A DNA stretch of 64,000 nt from an uncultured SAR116 cluster alpha proteobacterium. GTDB taxonomy: Bacteria; Pseudomonadota; Alphaproteobacteria; Puniceispirillales; Puniceispirillaceae. Positions 1-9,179 of the stretch are shown piece after piece; the first letter of the stretch is position 1; each line of letters opens with the position of its first letter. The position numbers were made by a program, and so were the translations under genes. The notes under the pieces were generated by a model. The model made no database searches, was not told the origin of the DNA, and saw only the letters and a list, made by a program, of their open reading frames with translations. The stretch covers positions 61,563 through 125,562 of the forward strand of contig CACHEI010000002.1 of the NCBI GenBank assembly GCA_902578815.1. Reading direction: 5' to 3'.

Positions 1-102
1 CTGGCAAGGGGATAGCAAGCTAAGTCCGCAGGCAACCCGGTTTATCCAGTTGATGAACTCACTGACAAGGGGGCTATGAAAACACCCGTTTCATCGTCGC
101 AA

Positions 103-417
103 CTATGATTTGCGGCCAATGGTGCCTGATACCTCAGCGCCCAGCTCGATGACCAGCGAGTTAGTTTTCAGATCGCCATCAATCGTGGCGGTCGAGCCGA
201 TATTCAGTTCGTCAGTTGTCAGCTTGCCATTAAAATTGCCGGACAGCTCCACTTTGCCAGCGTTGATCTGGCCGTCAAATACGCCGGATGCATCCAGAAT
301 GACTTCCACAGCATTGATTTCACCCTTGAAGTGACCGGCAATCAGAACTGGCGACTGGCCCGCATCGAGCTTGCCGTCCATAATCATGCCTTCGGTAATT
401 GTGGTGTAAGATTCCAT
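103..417 (-). CDS. bactofilin-like cytoskeletal protein (1 of 3 tandem paralogs)
   Basis: 104-aa ORF with a G/V/I/D-rich short beta-strand periodicity (GEINAVEVILDASGVFDGQINAGKVELSGNFNGKLTTDELNIG). This is typical of the bactofilin (DUF583) beta-helix. Two similar ORFs follow. Confidence 0.75.
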   Translation of the reverse strand: MESYTTITEGMIMDGKLDAGQSPVLIAGHFKGEINAVEVILDASGVFDGQINAGKVELSGNFNGKLTTDELNIGSTATIDGDLKTNSLVIELGAEVSGTIGRKS

Positions 418-484
418 TATCCTTGATCCTTCTTGTAAAGCCAGCGATTAGTCTCAATCGTCAGGGCTGGCAATTTAAGCAATG

Positions 485-886
485 CTATTTCTTGGCCTCA
501 GCCTCAACCTCAATCTCAGAATCAGTAGTGGGCTCTATAGCCTCAGCCTCCACTACTGCCGCAACCGGGTCTTCCCAATTGTGAACAACGCGGCAGTTCA
601 GCGCCGCACCACGGTCCATCTGCAATGATTGATAATGAATTTCTCCAGCAATCTGCGCCGTCTGGGTTGCCCAAATGCTGCCAGCGCGCATAGTACCATC
701 ATAGCTGCCACCAATCACCACAAGATCACAATTAACCTCACCAACAAATGTTCCTGACGCTCCGATTGACAGCTTCTCAGCATTCAGGTCCGCCTCGACA
801 ACACCCTCGATCTCAATTGATTTCACATTCGATATCGTGCCCACGAATTTGGCGTCGGCACCGATCACTGCTTTCGTTTTATCCAT
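485..886 (-). CDS. bactofilin-like cytoskeletal protein (2 of 3)
   Basis: 133-aa ORF with the same periodic pattern (IEIEGVVEADLNAEKLSIGASGTFVGEVNCDLVVIGGSYDGTMRAG) and an acidic C-terminal tail. Confidence 0.75.
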   Translation of the reverse strand: MDKTKAVIGADAKFVGTISNVKSIEIEGVVEADLNAEKLSIGASGTFVGEVNCDLVVIGGSYDGTMRAGSIWATQTAQIAGEIHYQSLQMDRGAALNCRVVHNWEDPVAAVVEAEAIEPTTDSEIEVEAEAKK

Positions 887-959
887 CTGTTTCTCTCCCT
901 ACTTCAGGCGTGGCTCGGCAACTTTTCACTCTCACCATCCTGCAATTTCTGCTCCAAAG

Positions 960-1322
960 TTAACCCGATGATTTCGATTTTCTACGTTTGTTGAAGCGCG
1001 CTGCCACATGCGCGCCTGCTTCAACCTCGATGCCGCTACATTTTAGATCACCCTCAAAATAGGCCGTATCGAGTATTTGCACCCGGTCGGAGACAACATC
1101 ACCTTTTACATTGCCAGCGATCACCGCCTCTGTTGTGTTCAATGAACCGGTTAAGGTCGCATTATTTTCCACAACAAGGTTCCTACAGTTGATATCTCCA
1201 TCGACAATACCCGCTAAAATGATATCTCCAGAGGATGTGACAGAGCCGGTGATTCGCATATCTTCGTCGATGAGCGACGCAGTAGCTTCTTCACCCTCTT
1301 CTTTTTTTCCTTTTTCAAACAA
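960..1322 (-). CDS. bactofilin-like cytoskeletal protein (3 of 3)
   Basis: 120-aa ORF with the pattern ITGSVTSSGDIILAGIVDGDINCRNLVVENNATLTGSLNTTEAVIAGNVKGDVV and a basic C-terminal tail. Confidence 0.75.
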   Translation of the reverse strand: MFEKGKKEEGEEATASLIDEDMRITGSVTSSGDIILAGIVDGDINCRNLVVENNATLTGSLNTTEAVIAGNVKGDVVSDRVQILDTAYFEGDLKCSGIEVEAGAHVAARFNKRRKSKSSG

Positions 1323-1506
1323 TTTATCCTCCTGAATTTACTTAGCAAATTAATCAGCCAGAAAATTTTTTAACTTCCTTGCGCTGAAGGGTAACAAATT
1401 TGGCGTACAGTCGTTACCTATAGTGTACTCAGTTATTGAACAAATACGATCTTTCTTGTGAACGGTTGGACGCACATTTAGTTAAGTTGAGGTGCCGAAC
1501 TTCGCC

Positions 1507-1881
1507 ATGGCCGATGATGTAGTTGATATACGCAAGCGCATCGAAGAAATCCGCAACGAGGTTTCCACAGCAATGGCCTCAAACAGGGCAACAGCCGTCA
1601 ACGCCAAGCCGGCTAGCGAAATTGCCGAATTCTCAGTGCCAGGCGTAACTGCGCCAAGCTTTGATCAGCCAGCCAGCAACTATCATCAGCAACAGGCGGT
1701 GATGGCTGATGAGGCTCTCCTTCTAGACACAAAGGCCGGGCTTGAAGAGGCGCTGAAACTGCCGTCATTCCAGTTAAATGTTCGCAACCAGCACACCAAC
1801 CGCTACCTGATTTTTATTTTGATTGCACAATTGCTGACTAACATTGCTTTGATTGGCATTCTCTGGACTAAGCTCGGATAG
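1507..1881 (+). CDS. hypothetical C-terminally membrane-anchored protein
   Basis: ATG at 1507 inside tracked ORF 1492..1881. Single hydrophobic helix at the C-terminus (YLIFILIAQLLTNIALIGILW). The stop lies 4 nt before the M23 peptidase start, which suggests an operon. Confidence 0.45.
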   Translation: MADDVVDIRKRIEEIRNEVSTAMASNRATAVNAKPASEIAEFSVPGVTAPSFDQPASNYHQQQAVMADEALLLDTKAGLEEALKLPSFQLNVRNQHTNRYLIFILIAQLLTNIALIGILWTKLG

Positions 1882-1884
1882 ACC

Positions 1885-3474
1885 ATGCGAGCGATTGTTG
1901 GCAGGATCTTGAGTAGGATCAAACCACCGGTTTTACGATCCAACGACCCGCATACACCTTTCAAGACACGTGGGCGGCACCCGCTACTCGAAGAAACACG
2001 ATTTCTGCTGCTGACACGGCGTGGCCCGATAGAGATTGTGGTGCGGCCGACCTATGTCTTTGCGGCTGCCTTTGTAGGGCTTGTCGGCTCGGCCGTGATC
2101 GCCGCAACCACGCTGTTTATCGGCTATAAGTCGGTCGAGGTTGTGAGCAATGACACAATTACTACCGCTGAGGCCAGCATATCTGTAGAGGGCCCGATGG
2201 ATGGTAGCCAGGACTTAATGCCGATGGTCAATGCAAATGAGGGTTTTGATGATGATGTTGGTGACCAGTCAATGCTGCTTGCCTTTGAAAATGCCGCAGA
2301 TTCCGATTTGGATACCAAACTCGTCCCGACCTCCAGCAGCCCTACTCAAGTGATGCCGGTCGGCAGTGAGACCAGCGAAGATGGCGACCTGATTGCAACC
2401 ACAGAGGTTGACGAGAGCGGCATGACCAGTGTTGAACCTCAGGAACCATTTGCACGAACCGCAGCGGCACCAGCCCTAGTTGAAATGGCAGCTCTGACAT
2501 CATCTGCTCCGCAATTGCGTTCCTCGCAGCAAAATGTCACCGGGATGGTTGGTGAAACAGAAGAGATAGATGGCGCAGCGCCCAACGAGGCGGCGAACAT
2601 CAGATACACCACGCCAACCCCAAAAGACGCGCTGGTGGCAATGCTAAAAGCGCCCTTCTCCAGCCCCTTCACACAATCGATCACACCATTGTTGGCCCCA
2701 GAGAAAAAAGGCCGAAACGGCGAGGATGCGAAAACGGAGACCAATAGGGCACCGAACGGTGCCATCACCATCGCACTTAACCCGGGAAGAACAACTACCA
2801 TGGTGCCGTTCGCACCCGATAGCGAAATCCCAGTGGTCACGCCGGTGGTGCGACAGCTGAAGATGCTGCGATCAATGGCTCGTGAGGTTGGGTCAATAAG
2901 GGCACATATGACAGGGCTCGGGATCGCCGATAGCTATCTGCCACCGGCCAGTGCTTGGGACGAGCAAGTCGCGAATGCTGATTTTGCCACGCTGACCATG
3001 TCGCTTGAGTCACATCGTTCCGCGCTGAATAAAGTGCCCCTGAAACCTCCGATGCTGTATTTCTACATCTCAAGCAAATATGGCAAGCGAAAGCATCCGG
3101 TGACCGGCCAGATCCGCCAGCATCATGGCATTGATCTGGCTGGCACATGGCAAGAAGAGGTCCATGCATCGGCCCCAGGAACGGTAATCCATGCCGGCAA
3201 AATGGGGTCATTCGGCAATGTCGTTCGAATCAGGCATGCCTATGACATCACCACCACATACGCGCATCTTTCGCGCATTTTGGTAAATAAGGGAGCCGAT
3301 GTGACACATGGCACCGTGATTGGGAAGATGGGACGCACCGGCCGCGTCGATGGCGCACATCTGCATTACGAAATTCGTGTTGGGCGGAAATCGCTAAACC
3401 CGCAAACATTTTTCGATATAGGTAATCGGATTGGCCTCGGTGGCTCGCTGACGCAGATATCGTCGGCAGAGTAG
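1885..3474 (+). CDS. M23/LytM-family metallopeptidase with a long low-complexity N-terminal region
   Basis: The C-terminal HHGIDLAG, GNVVRIRH and GRTGRVDGAHLHYEIR segments match the HxxxD and HxH zinc motifs of peptidase M23. One N-terminal TM helix. About 350 aa of S/T/P/A/E-rich linker. Confidence 0.85.
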   Translation: MRAIVGRILSRIKPPVLRSNDPHTPFKTRGRHPLLEETRFLLLTRRGPIEIVVRPTYVFAAAFVGLVGSAVIAATTLFIGYKSVEVVSNDTITTAEASISVEGPMDGSQDLMPMVNANEGFDDDVGDQSMLLAFENAADSDLDTKLVPTSSSPTQVMPVGSETSEDGDLIATTEVDESGMTSVEPQEPFARTAAAPALVEMAALTSSAPQLRSSQQNVTGMVGETEEIDGAAPNEAANIRYTTPTPKDALVAMLKAPFSSPFTQSITPLLAPEKKGRNGEDAKTETNRAPNGAITIALNPGRTTTMVPFAPDSEIPVVTPVVRQLKMLRSMAREVGSIRAHMTGLGIADSYLPPASAWDEQVANADFATLTMSLESHRSALNKVPLKPPMLYFYISSKYGKRKHPVTGQIRQHHGIDLAGTWQEEVHASAPGTVIHAGKMGSFGNVVRIRHAYDITTTYAHLSRILVNKGADVTHGTVIGKMGRTGRVDGAHLHYEIRVGRKSLNPQTFFDIGNRIGLGGSLTQISSAE

Positions 3475-3581
3475 CCGGAGGCAAACTAATATTACCCTCG
3501 AACCTGTCGTTGTTCTTCGGTAACGCAATTTTCCGCGCGACCAAGTGGCCGCAGCACCAGATCAGGACATGGCATAATCAT

Positions 3582-4022
3582 ATGAAGGTTTCACAGAAGA
3601 TCACAAAACGCCTGGCACTGACGACAGCGACCGGATTCATCTTAGGCCTGTCAGCATGTGAGCTTTATGTCGCGGATCAAGCAGGCCAGTTACCATTACA
3701 ACCCGTAGAACCGAAAGTGCAAGCCGAGCCAACACCGCCGCCAGAGCCGGTGCAGGGCAGTGATCAGGTTGTGTTCATGGACAGCACCTCAGCACAGCTG
3801 GCCGGATGCAGAGCCATTTCCACCATCAGATTTTCACACAAGGGTAGTTTTGCCGATGGTATGACAATTCTGCGAAACGCTGCTATCCAGATTAACGCCA
3901 ACCGTATGGTACCCATACGACTGGTGGAGAATATCGCGAACAGTGGCGGGCCGCATCTCTATCAAGTTAAGTTGATGCGTTGTCCAGAGCCAGAAACACA
4001 AGGAATCAAATCCAATGGGTGA
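3582..4022 (+). CDS. putative lipoprotein
   Basis: ATG at 3582 inside tracked ORF 3510..4022. Signal peptide ending in a lipobox (ILGLSAC). Confidence 0.5.
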   Translation: MKVSQKITKRLALTTATGFILGLSACELYVADQAGQLPLQPVEPKVQAEPTPPPEPVQGSDQVVFMDSTSAQLAGCRAISTIRFSHKGSFADGMTILRNAAIQINANRMVPIRLVENIANSGGPHLYQVKLMRCPEPETQGIKSNG

Positions 4023-4305
4023 CATTATTTATCTGCCAATAAACAAGAAGGGGCGCGATCTAGTTGTGGGGGATTATCCGTCTCTCACAAAAGAAGAGGT
4101 GCGCCGGCTTGAGACAATCCGCGATAATATTGAGCAGTTGCTGAATATGGTGTCTGGCATACGCAATGATCCTGACGCAGTAGCGCTGGCCGCCGGACGC
4201 TATGGGTTAATGCGAATGTATCAGCTGCGTGGCCGCGCAGCAGCGATGGCGTTCGCCAATCGCTGCGTTGAAACAGCCGAAATCGCCGAGGATCTGCAGA
4301 AATAA
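4015..4305 (+). CDS. hypothetical protein
   Basis: 96-aa ORF that overlaps the previous stop by 8 nt. No motif recognised. Confidence 0.35.
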   Translation: MGDIIYLPINKKGRDLVVGDYPSLTKEEVRRLETIRDNIEQLLNMVSGIRNDPDAVALAAGRYGLMRMYQLRGRAAAMAFANRCVETAEIAEDLQK

Positions 4306-4934
4306 TAGCTATATTTCTCCGCGATAAACGTTCCAGCTATTTTCCTCTCCGAAACTACGGTGGAAATACGGCATGCTGGGGTAACTGGCTCTGGTCACAA
4401 GAAAACGGGTTCGCCAAATATTGATCTGGTCAAGCGGAGAGGATTAGGTCATTTGCTGGTGTGACAATTTTCTGGTGATACTCATTCTGCTGAACCTGTT
4501 TAAGTCTCGCTGAAATAAACCGACAATCGTGGCCGGCAATATTGTCAGTCCTTAATTCTGTTTAAATTTTTTCAGATGCCATTTGTGTGATATAATTTTC
4601 GCGATGGATCTGAACCGTTGTCGAGAGCGAATTAGGCCGCTTCAAAATCGTCGGCCACAGGCTCTAGGATTATATTTTCAGTTTTGCCGGCCTAATTGAT
4701 CTCATTGACATATTGTCTTAGACCCCGCGGTGGTCCCTGGAACAGATCAATCTGCGGGTGCTTAGGCTTGTGCATCTGCTCAATATATCGCATTAATCAT
4801 CGGCGCTGGAGGAAGTATTTTCGGCCATTCGTGCCAAAAAAAAGCGCTTTTGGCGCATCGCTCTATCTATTATGCGTCCCGATGTTTGTATCGAAATCGC
4901 CAATGAATGTCGTTGAGAACATCGGCTGGCTTGA

Positions 4935-5238
4935 GCATTTTTTATCAATCCCGACGCGTTGTGGTGCTCGTTCATAACTCTGACGACGGTTGGTTTTGGC
5001 GATGTCTTGTCCCTTTCGCCAAATACCAAGCTGGTGGGTGCCTTCACCAGCGTTATGGGCGACTGTCTATGTCTTAGCGCTACTTACCTTCATTGTTGGC
5101 ACCGCTTTTACCAAGCAGATTTCGAAGCGAAATGGTCTGCTTGAGGCAGAGATTGTGGCTACGTTGAAAGATGGCATGTCGGAACAAAATACCAAGGCGA
5201 TGATTGACTTGCTACGCAATCTGCATCACAGCAAATAA
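4935..5238 (+). pseudogene. decayed K+ channel (pore helix, filter and inner helix split over two frames)
   Basis: One frame, open just after the TGA at 4932, reads AFFINPDALWCSFITLTTVGFGDVLSLSPNTKLVGAFTSVMG; this contains a K+ selectivity-filter-like TVGFGD. Around 5050 the inner helix continues in another frame (VYVLALLTFIVGTAFTKQISKR). No intact upstream TM segment is in frame. Confidence 0.5.
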
Positions 5239-5316
5239 AACCAAAAAAAGCTGAAAGAAACTGTTTAGGCAAACTAACATTCTGGGTGCCATGTCGTCCT
5301 TGGTTAGAGGAGATGG

Positions 5317-5739
5317 TTGATGCAATCCGACCTATTGCCATTTATTGACTGGAGGTACCACCCACGCCAAGTCATCCCACCGCGGGAGCGGATTATAACC
5401 GCTGGTGACCCGACTGAGATGTTGTTTTTGCTTGAGAGTGGTGTAGCACTGGCACCAAATGCCGCCGTCCGTGGCCACAAGCATTTCCCAGATCTGGTAA
5501 AGAAGGCTAATATGAATGATATCACCTATGCTGCGGGCGCTTTACTTTCACTGCTGGAAATGCTGGCACTCGACGCCTACCGACATGATGTTTTGGCCCA
5601 TGAAGAATGTCGAGTAATCGGCATCGACAGGCTTGAAATCAAAGCTATGTGGAACCGAGAAAACCGGATGGCATGGCCACTGTCATGTTCAATCGCCGCA
5701 GCCATCACACAGCGTCGCCAGACTCGGTTCTTGTTGTAG
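5317..5739 (+). CDS. cyclic-nucleotide-binding-like domain protein (weak)
   Basis: 140-aa ORF. RERIITAGDPTEMLFLLESGVA resembles the start of the cNMP-binding beta-roll. Assignment is weak. Confidence 0.4.
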   Translation: MMQSDLLPFIDWRYHPRQVIPPRERIITAGDPTEMLFLLESGVALAPNAAVRGHKHFPDLVKKANMNDITYAAGALLSLLEMLALDAYRHDVLAHEECRVIGIDRLEIKAMWNRENRMAWPLSCSIAAAITQRRQTRFLL

Positions 5740-5742
5740 ACC

Positions 5743-6066
5743 ATGGTTCAAAATAATGAAGAAATCAGATTGTTCCATGGTGAGGCTTTGTTCCGTGCGG
5801 GGCAGATGGCGCATGAATTTTACATGGTCAACTCGGGGGCCATCTATGTTCTAGATGAAAAGGGCATCATAGCGCTGAAACAATTCTTTGCAGGCGAATT
5901 GTTTGGCATCCCAGAAGTGCTCGCAAAGGGCCCATGGGCAAATACGGCAATTGCTAATGGCGTCACTGTGCTGAAGCGGTTTGACGCCTCGCACCTATTT
6001 CGCTCACTCGACGAAATGCCGACGCATCAGAGCGATTTCATACGTCACATCGCCAGGCTTGCCTAA
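5743..6066 (+). CDS. stand-alone cyclic-nucleotide-binding-like domain protein
   Basis: 107-aa ORF. ALFRAGQMAHEFYMVNSGAIYVLDEKG and FFAGELFGIPEVL match the Crp/CNBD pattern (F..G...d.fy.i..G.v.v, G.lfGe..ll). It starts 4 nt after the previous stop. Confidence 0.5.
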   Translation: MVQNNEEIRLFHGEALFRAGQMAHEFYMVNSGAIYVLDEKGIIALKQFFAGELFGIPEVLAKGPWANTAIANGVTVLKRFDASHLFRSLDEMPTHQSDFIRHIARLA

Positions 6067-6108
6067 CGCACCTATTTTTGTCACTGCTAGTCTGTGCGTT
6101 ACGCTACG

Positions 6109-6124
6109 TGGCACGATAAATGCA
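6109..6124 (+). promoter_or_regulatory. candidate sigma-54 (-24/-12) promoter
   Basis: TGGCACGATAAATGCA, with GG-N10-GC spacing, lies 30 nt upstream of an ATG (6154) that has a strong AGAGGAGG ribosome-binding site. Confidence 0.55.
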
Positions 6125-6153
6125 GGACTCACCGTAACAAACCAGAGGAGGTT

Positions 6154-6363
6154 ATGGTGAAGCAGACAACGATGAAAAATCAGGATTTCAGCACGCGGGA
6201 CACCCACGAGACAGGAGCCTCACTTGCCGAGCTGTTAGCAGGCAGGACACTGGCCAACGGCGACGCGCTAGCCATTCCGGCGATCGAGATTGTATATTAT
6301 GACCATCACAACAAACGGAGCAGCTCCGATCTTTTGCCGCTAAGCGCTTTTGCCATTAAATAG
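6154..6363 (+). CDS. small hypothetical protein (69 aa)
   Basis: ATG at 6154 inside tracked ORF 6094..6363, preceded by AGAGGAGG and a sigma-54-like promoter. No motif recognised. Confidence 0.4.
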   Translation: MVKQTTMKNQDFSTRDTHETGASLAELLAGRTLANGDALAIPAIEIVYYDHHNKRSSSDLLPLSAFAIK

Positions 6364-6391
6364 AGAAGCCAATGCCATAAAAATTTCAAGG

Positions 6392-7891
6392 TCAGCCAGC
6401 CATATTTAGACGGGCGCGGCGACGACGCTCTGAAGAAGGCGGAATGCGCAGCATATCACGATATTTGGCAACCGTCCTTCGGGCGAGCTTTACACCCTTT
6501 TCTGAGACCATAGCGGCAATTGCATCGTCACTCAGTGGCTTGCCGGCAGGTTCTGCCTCAACAATCGTCTTGATCATTTCGCGTACCGCACCGGCGGCCT
6601 TGCTGTTACTATCATCACTTGCAGCAATGGAAACGCTAAACAGCGATTTCATCGGAAAGCTGCCCTTCGGTGTGGCGATCATTAAACCGCTTGTCACGCG
6701 GCTAACAGTACTTTCATGCATGCCAACAGCCTCCGCAACATTTTTCAATGACAGAGGTTTCAATGCTGACAGACCATACGTCAAAAATTCAGACTGTTGG
6801 GCGACGATCTCACCACTGATCTTCAGAGTGGTGCTGTTGCGCTGTTCAAGGGCGCGGCGCAGCCAGCGGGCTGAACCAAGCGCCTCGCTTGCATATGTTT
6901 TGTCTTCCTCGCTACTAGCGCGGCGGTTTGCGGCATTCACTTCCGAAGCATAATCCTCGTTTATTACAAGTGAGGGCAGGGTCGACCTGTTCAGATCAAC
7001 AACCCAGCATTCCGCGCCGCGGCTAACGATCACATCGGGAGCATCAACACGAAGCGGCGCCCATTCGAATGATTCACCTGGCTTTGGATTAAAATCACGG
7101 ATCTGCTTGAGGCAGGCAGTAATTGTAGTGATGTCACATTTTGCCTTGCGCGCCAGAACTTCAAGCTCACCCCGACCAAGCAGTTCAAGATTAGCGAGTA
7201 TCACATCCATTTCGGCGGACAAAACGCCGCTTTCATTTGCCTGAATACGCAGACATTCGGCAAGATTGCGAGCAAAAACACCTTCTGGCTCAAGACGCTG
7301 GAGAATTTCCAGAACCGTCTCAGCCTCCTCGCATGAACAGCCACATTTCTCCGCAATATCCTCAACCGCTTGACCGAGCCAGCCGCTCGGCTCCAGCGAG
7401 TCTGCAAATTCATAAGCGATGAAACGCTGACGCTGGTCGGAAATGCTCAGATCAATCTGACCAACAACAAATTCTGTTAAGGTTTTGGGCTGTGCGGGAA
7501 CGAGGTTGGCAAGGTTTTCCCAGTCAGTATCACCCATGGCGGCAGACGCAGCACCGCGGCCAAGATCAAGCCCGTTCGAATCAAACCGGTTTTCAAAATC
7601 ACAATGAGCCGTCGGATCATCGGCAAGCGCTGTGCCCTCGCGAATGCTATCCGCCAGATCAGTCGGATTTGCTGTCTCAGCCGAAATAGTCTTTGCCTCA
7701 GATCCTGGATGGTCAACGTTGTCAAGCTTGGATGTTTCAACCTCTAGAAATGGGTTTTCAAGCGCCTGCTCCTCGAGGAAACTTTGGATATCGAGATTGG
7801 TCATCTGCAGCAGTTTGATGGCTTGCTGCAACTGTGGCGTCATGACCAGAGATTGCTTTTGCTTTACGCTCAGTGATGGCATTAGTTGCAT
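6392..7891 (-). CDS. rpoN: RNA polymerase sigma-54 factor
   Basis: N-terminal region I (SLVMTPQLQQAIKLLQMTNLDIQSFLEEQALENPFLE), a C-terminal HTH, and the RpoN box ARRTVAKYR. Confidence 0.95.
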   Translation of the reverse strand: MQLMPSLSVKQKQSLVMTPQLQQAIKLLQMTNLDIQSFLEEQALENPFLEVETSKLDNVDHPGSEAKTISAETANPTDLADSIREGTALADDPTAHCDFENRFDSNGLDLGRGAASAAMGDTDWENLANLVPAQPKTLTEFVVGQIDLSISDQRQRFIAYEFADSLEPSGWLGQAVEDIAEKCGCSCEEAETVLEILQRLEPEGVFARNLAECLRIQANESGVLSAEMDVILANLELLGRGELEVLARKAKCDITTITACLKQIRDFNPKPGESFEWAPLRVDAPDVIVSRGAECWVVDLNRSTLPSLVINEDYASEVNAANRRASSEEDKTYASEALGSARWLRRALEQRNSTTLKISGEIVAQQSEFLTYGLSALKPLSLKNVAEAVGMHESTVSRVTSGLMIATPKGSFPMKSLFSVSIAASDDSNSKAAGAVREMIKTIVEAEPAGKPLSDDAIAAMVSEKGVKLARRTVAKYRDMLRIPPSSERRRRARLNMAG

Positions 7892-8210
7892 GGTTTTCTC
7901 CTGTTGTTGAATTAACGGTGCAGAAGAAAATCGCGCTTTGCAAAAAGACTATTTGACGCCGGACAATGTCAAAATGCAGACGCTTTTATTATTATTTTTC
8001 AGTATGTTAAAATTCAACGTCTAATTGAGATCGAGAGAGCGTCAACAAATGGACGCAAAAAAGAGCCAAAAATGAAGGCAAAATGCGCCATTGAACCGAC
8101 CCCATTCGTTGGGATATAATCAATAGATAGGGGTTTGAATAGTCTGGGCGAAAACTACTTTTGGGGCAAAGTTAGGGGCGCTAGGACATAAGGGAAAGGA
8201 AAGGATCGTA

Positions 8211-8522
8211 GTGATTACTCTTTGGCGAAACAGACCCGCTCGCGGCAGCACCTGTCAGCGCTGTCGAATCATCCGCTCATTCATCGCCTTTACAATCATG
8301 CTTGGCATTTTTTCACTGGTTGTGGATGACAGCGCTCGTTTCCTTCAGATTGTGACACCGGAACGCGCTGCTAGCGCCATCTGGATTGCCGGCAGCATGT
8401 TGTTTGTAGTGAAAATAGCGGTATTGTTGTGGGAGCGCCGTGGCGGTGTCAGCGCCGATCGCGCACCAGCCGAAAAGCCAACTGCTGAAAAGGGAAAAAA
8501 CGGGCGTAAGTATGTCCGGTGA
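8211..8522 (+). CDS. hypothetical small membrane protein
   Basis: 103-aa ORF with a GTG start and two hydrophobic helices. Its 3' end overlaps the convergent DUF1566 gene by 74 nt, so it may be spurious. Confidence 0.3.
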   Translation: MITLWRNRPARGSTCQRCRIIRSFIAFTIMLGIFSLVVDDSARFLQIVTPERAASAIWIAGSMLFVVKIAVLLWERRGGVSADRAPAEKPTAEKGKNGRKYVR

Positions 8523-8928
8523 AGAAATTCACGGACCACATATGGCGTTTGGCTGCGCGATTAACGTCGCTAGTCCAGTAGGGTTCGGAGGCTGTTTGAG
8601 GAAAATATTTCTTGCTAATTTTAGGGCGTTCACATTCTTCACATACCAAACCTTCTAATTCCTCCAGCGTCGGCAACCGCCAGCTTCCGCCGAGCTGTTC
8701 ATTCGCCTGTAGGATTGCAGTTGCAATCTCTTCCTGGTTTAATTTGACCGGTTCTCCAATGCAAGTCGAGCCGTCCCAAACTTGGCCTACAGTGCAGCGC
8801 AGCCATTCAATACCAAACCTTAAATCGATAACAATGTGATCACGAGAAATGTAATCGGAAGCTTTACATGTTGATGAAGCGCAAAAAATAAAGGTAATTG
8901 CTAGAAAATACCGAAAATCACGCCCCAT
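8449..8928 (-). CDS. secreted DUF1566-like protein
   Basis: N-terminal signal peptide, then WRLPTLEELEGLV, YWTSD, WSVNFFTGH and FRLVRDRR. This is the pattern of the DUF1566 (Lcl C-terminal) domain. Confidence 0.65.
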   Translation of the reverse strand: MGRDFRYFLAITFIFCASSTCKASDYISRDHIVIDLRFGIEWLRCTVGQVWDGSTCIGEPVKLNQEEIATAILQANEQLGGSWRLPTLEELEGLVCEECERPKISKKYFPQTASEPYWTSDVNRAAKRHMWSVNFFTGHTYARFFPFQQLAFRLVRDRR

Positions 8929-9120
8929 CGATGCGCTCCTATATAACGACCTTTTTTAGATATGGTCATTAAGTTACACAAAGTTCAATCCCTTGCGCCG
9001 CTTGATATGCGAGAATCATGCCATTTGACCGCTGCGGTCTTGATCACACCCCATAAAACCGCAAAACTAATTCAAAGTTTCCGAATTTATCCTTACCAAA
9101 GGGCCCCAGGCGTTCTATTT

Positions 9121-9136
9121 TGGTACGGATATTGCT
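9121..9136 (+). promoter_or_regulatory. candidate sigma-54 promoter of the stator operon
   Basis: TGGTACGGATATTGCT (GG-N10-GC, -12 TTGCT), 44 nt upstream of the motA ATG. Confidence 0.6.
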
Positions 9137-9179
9137 AGATTGCTAGGCATTCTGCTTTTTATGACAGGTGAGATTTATA

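Noticed and set aside
4696-4977. The tracked 93-aa ORF upstream of the K+ channel pore fragment, considered as a real gene.
   Set aside because: The sequence is Cys/Arg-rich and not protein-like. It overlaps the region where channel fragments appear in other frames, so it was treated as part of the decayed locus.
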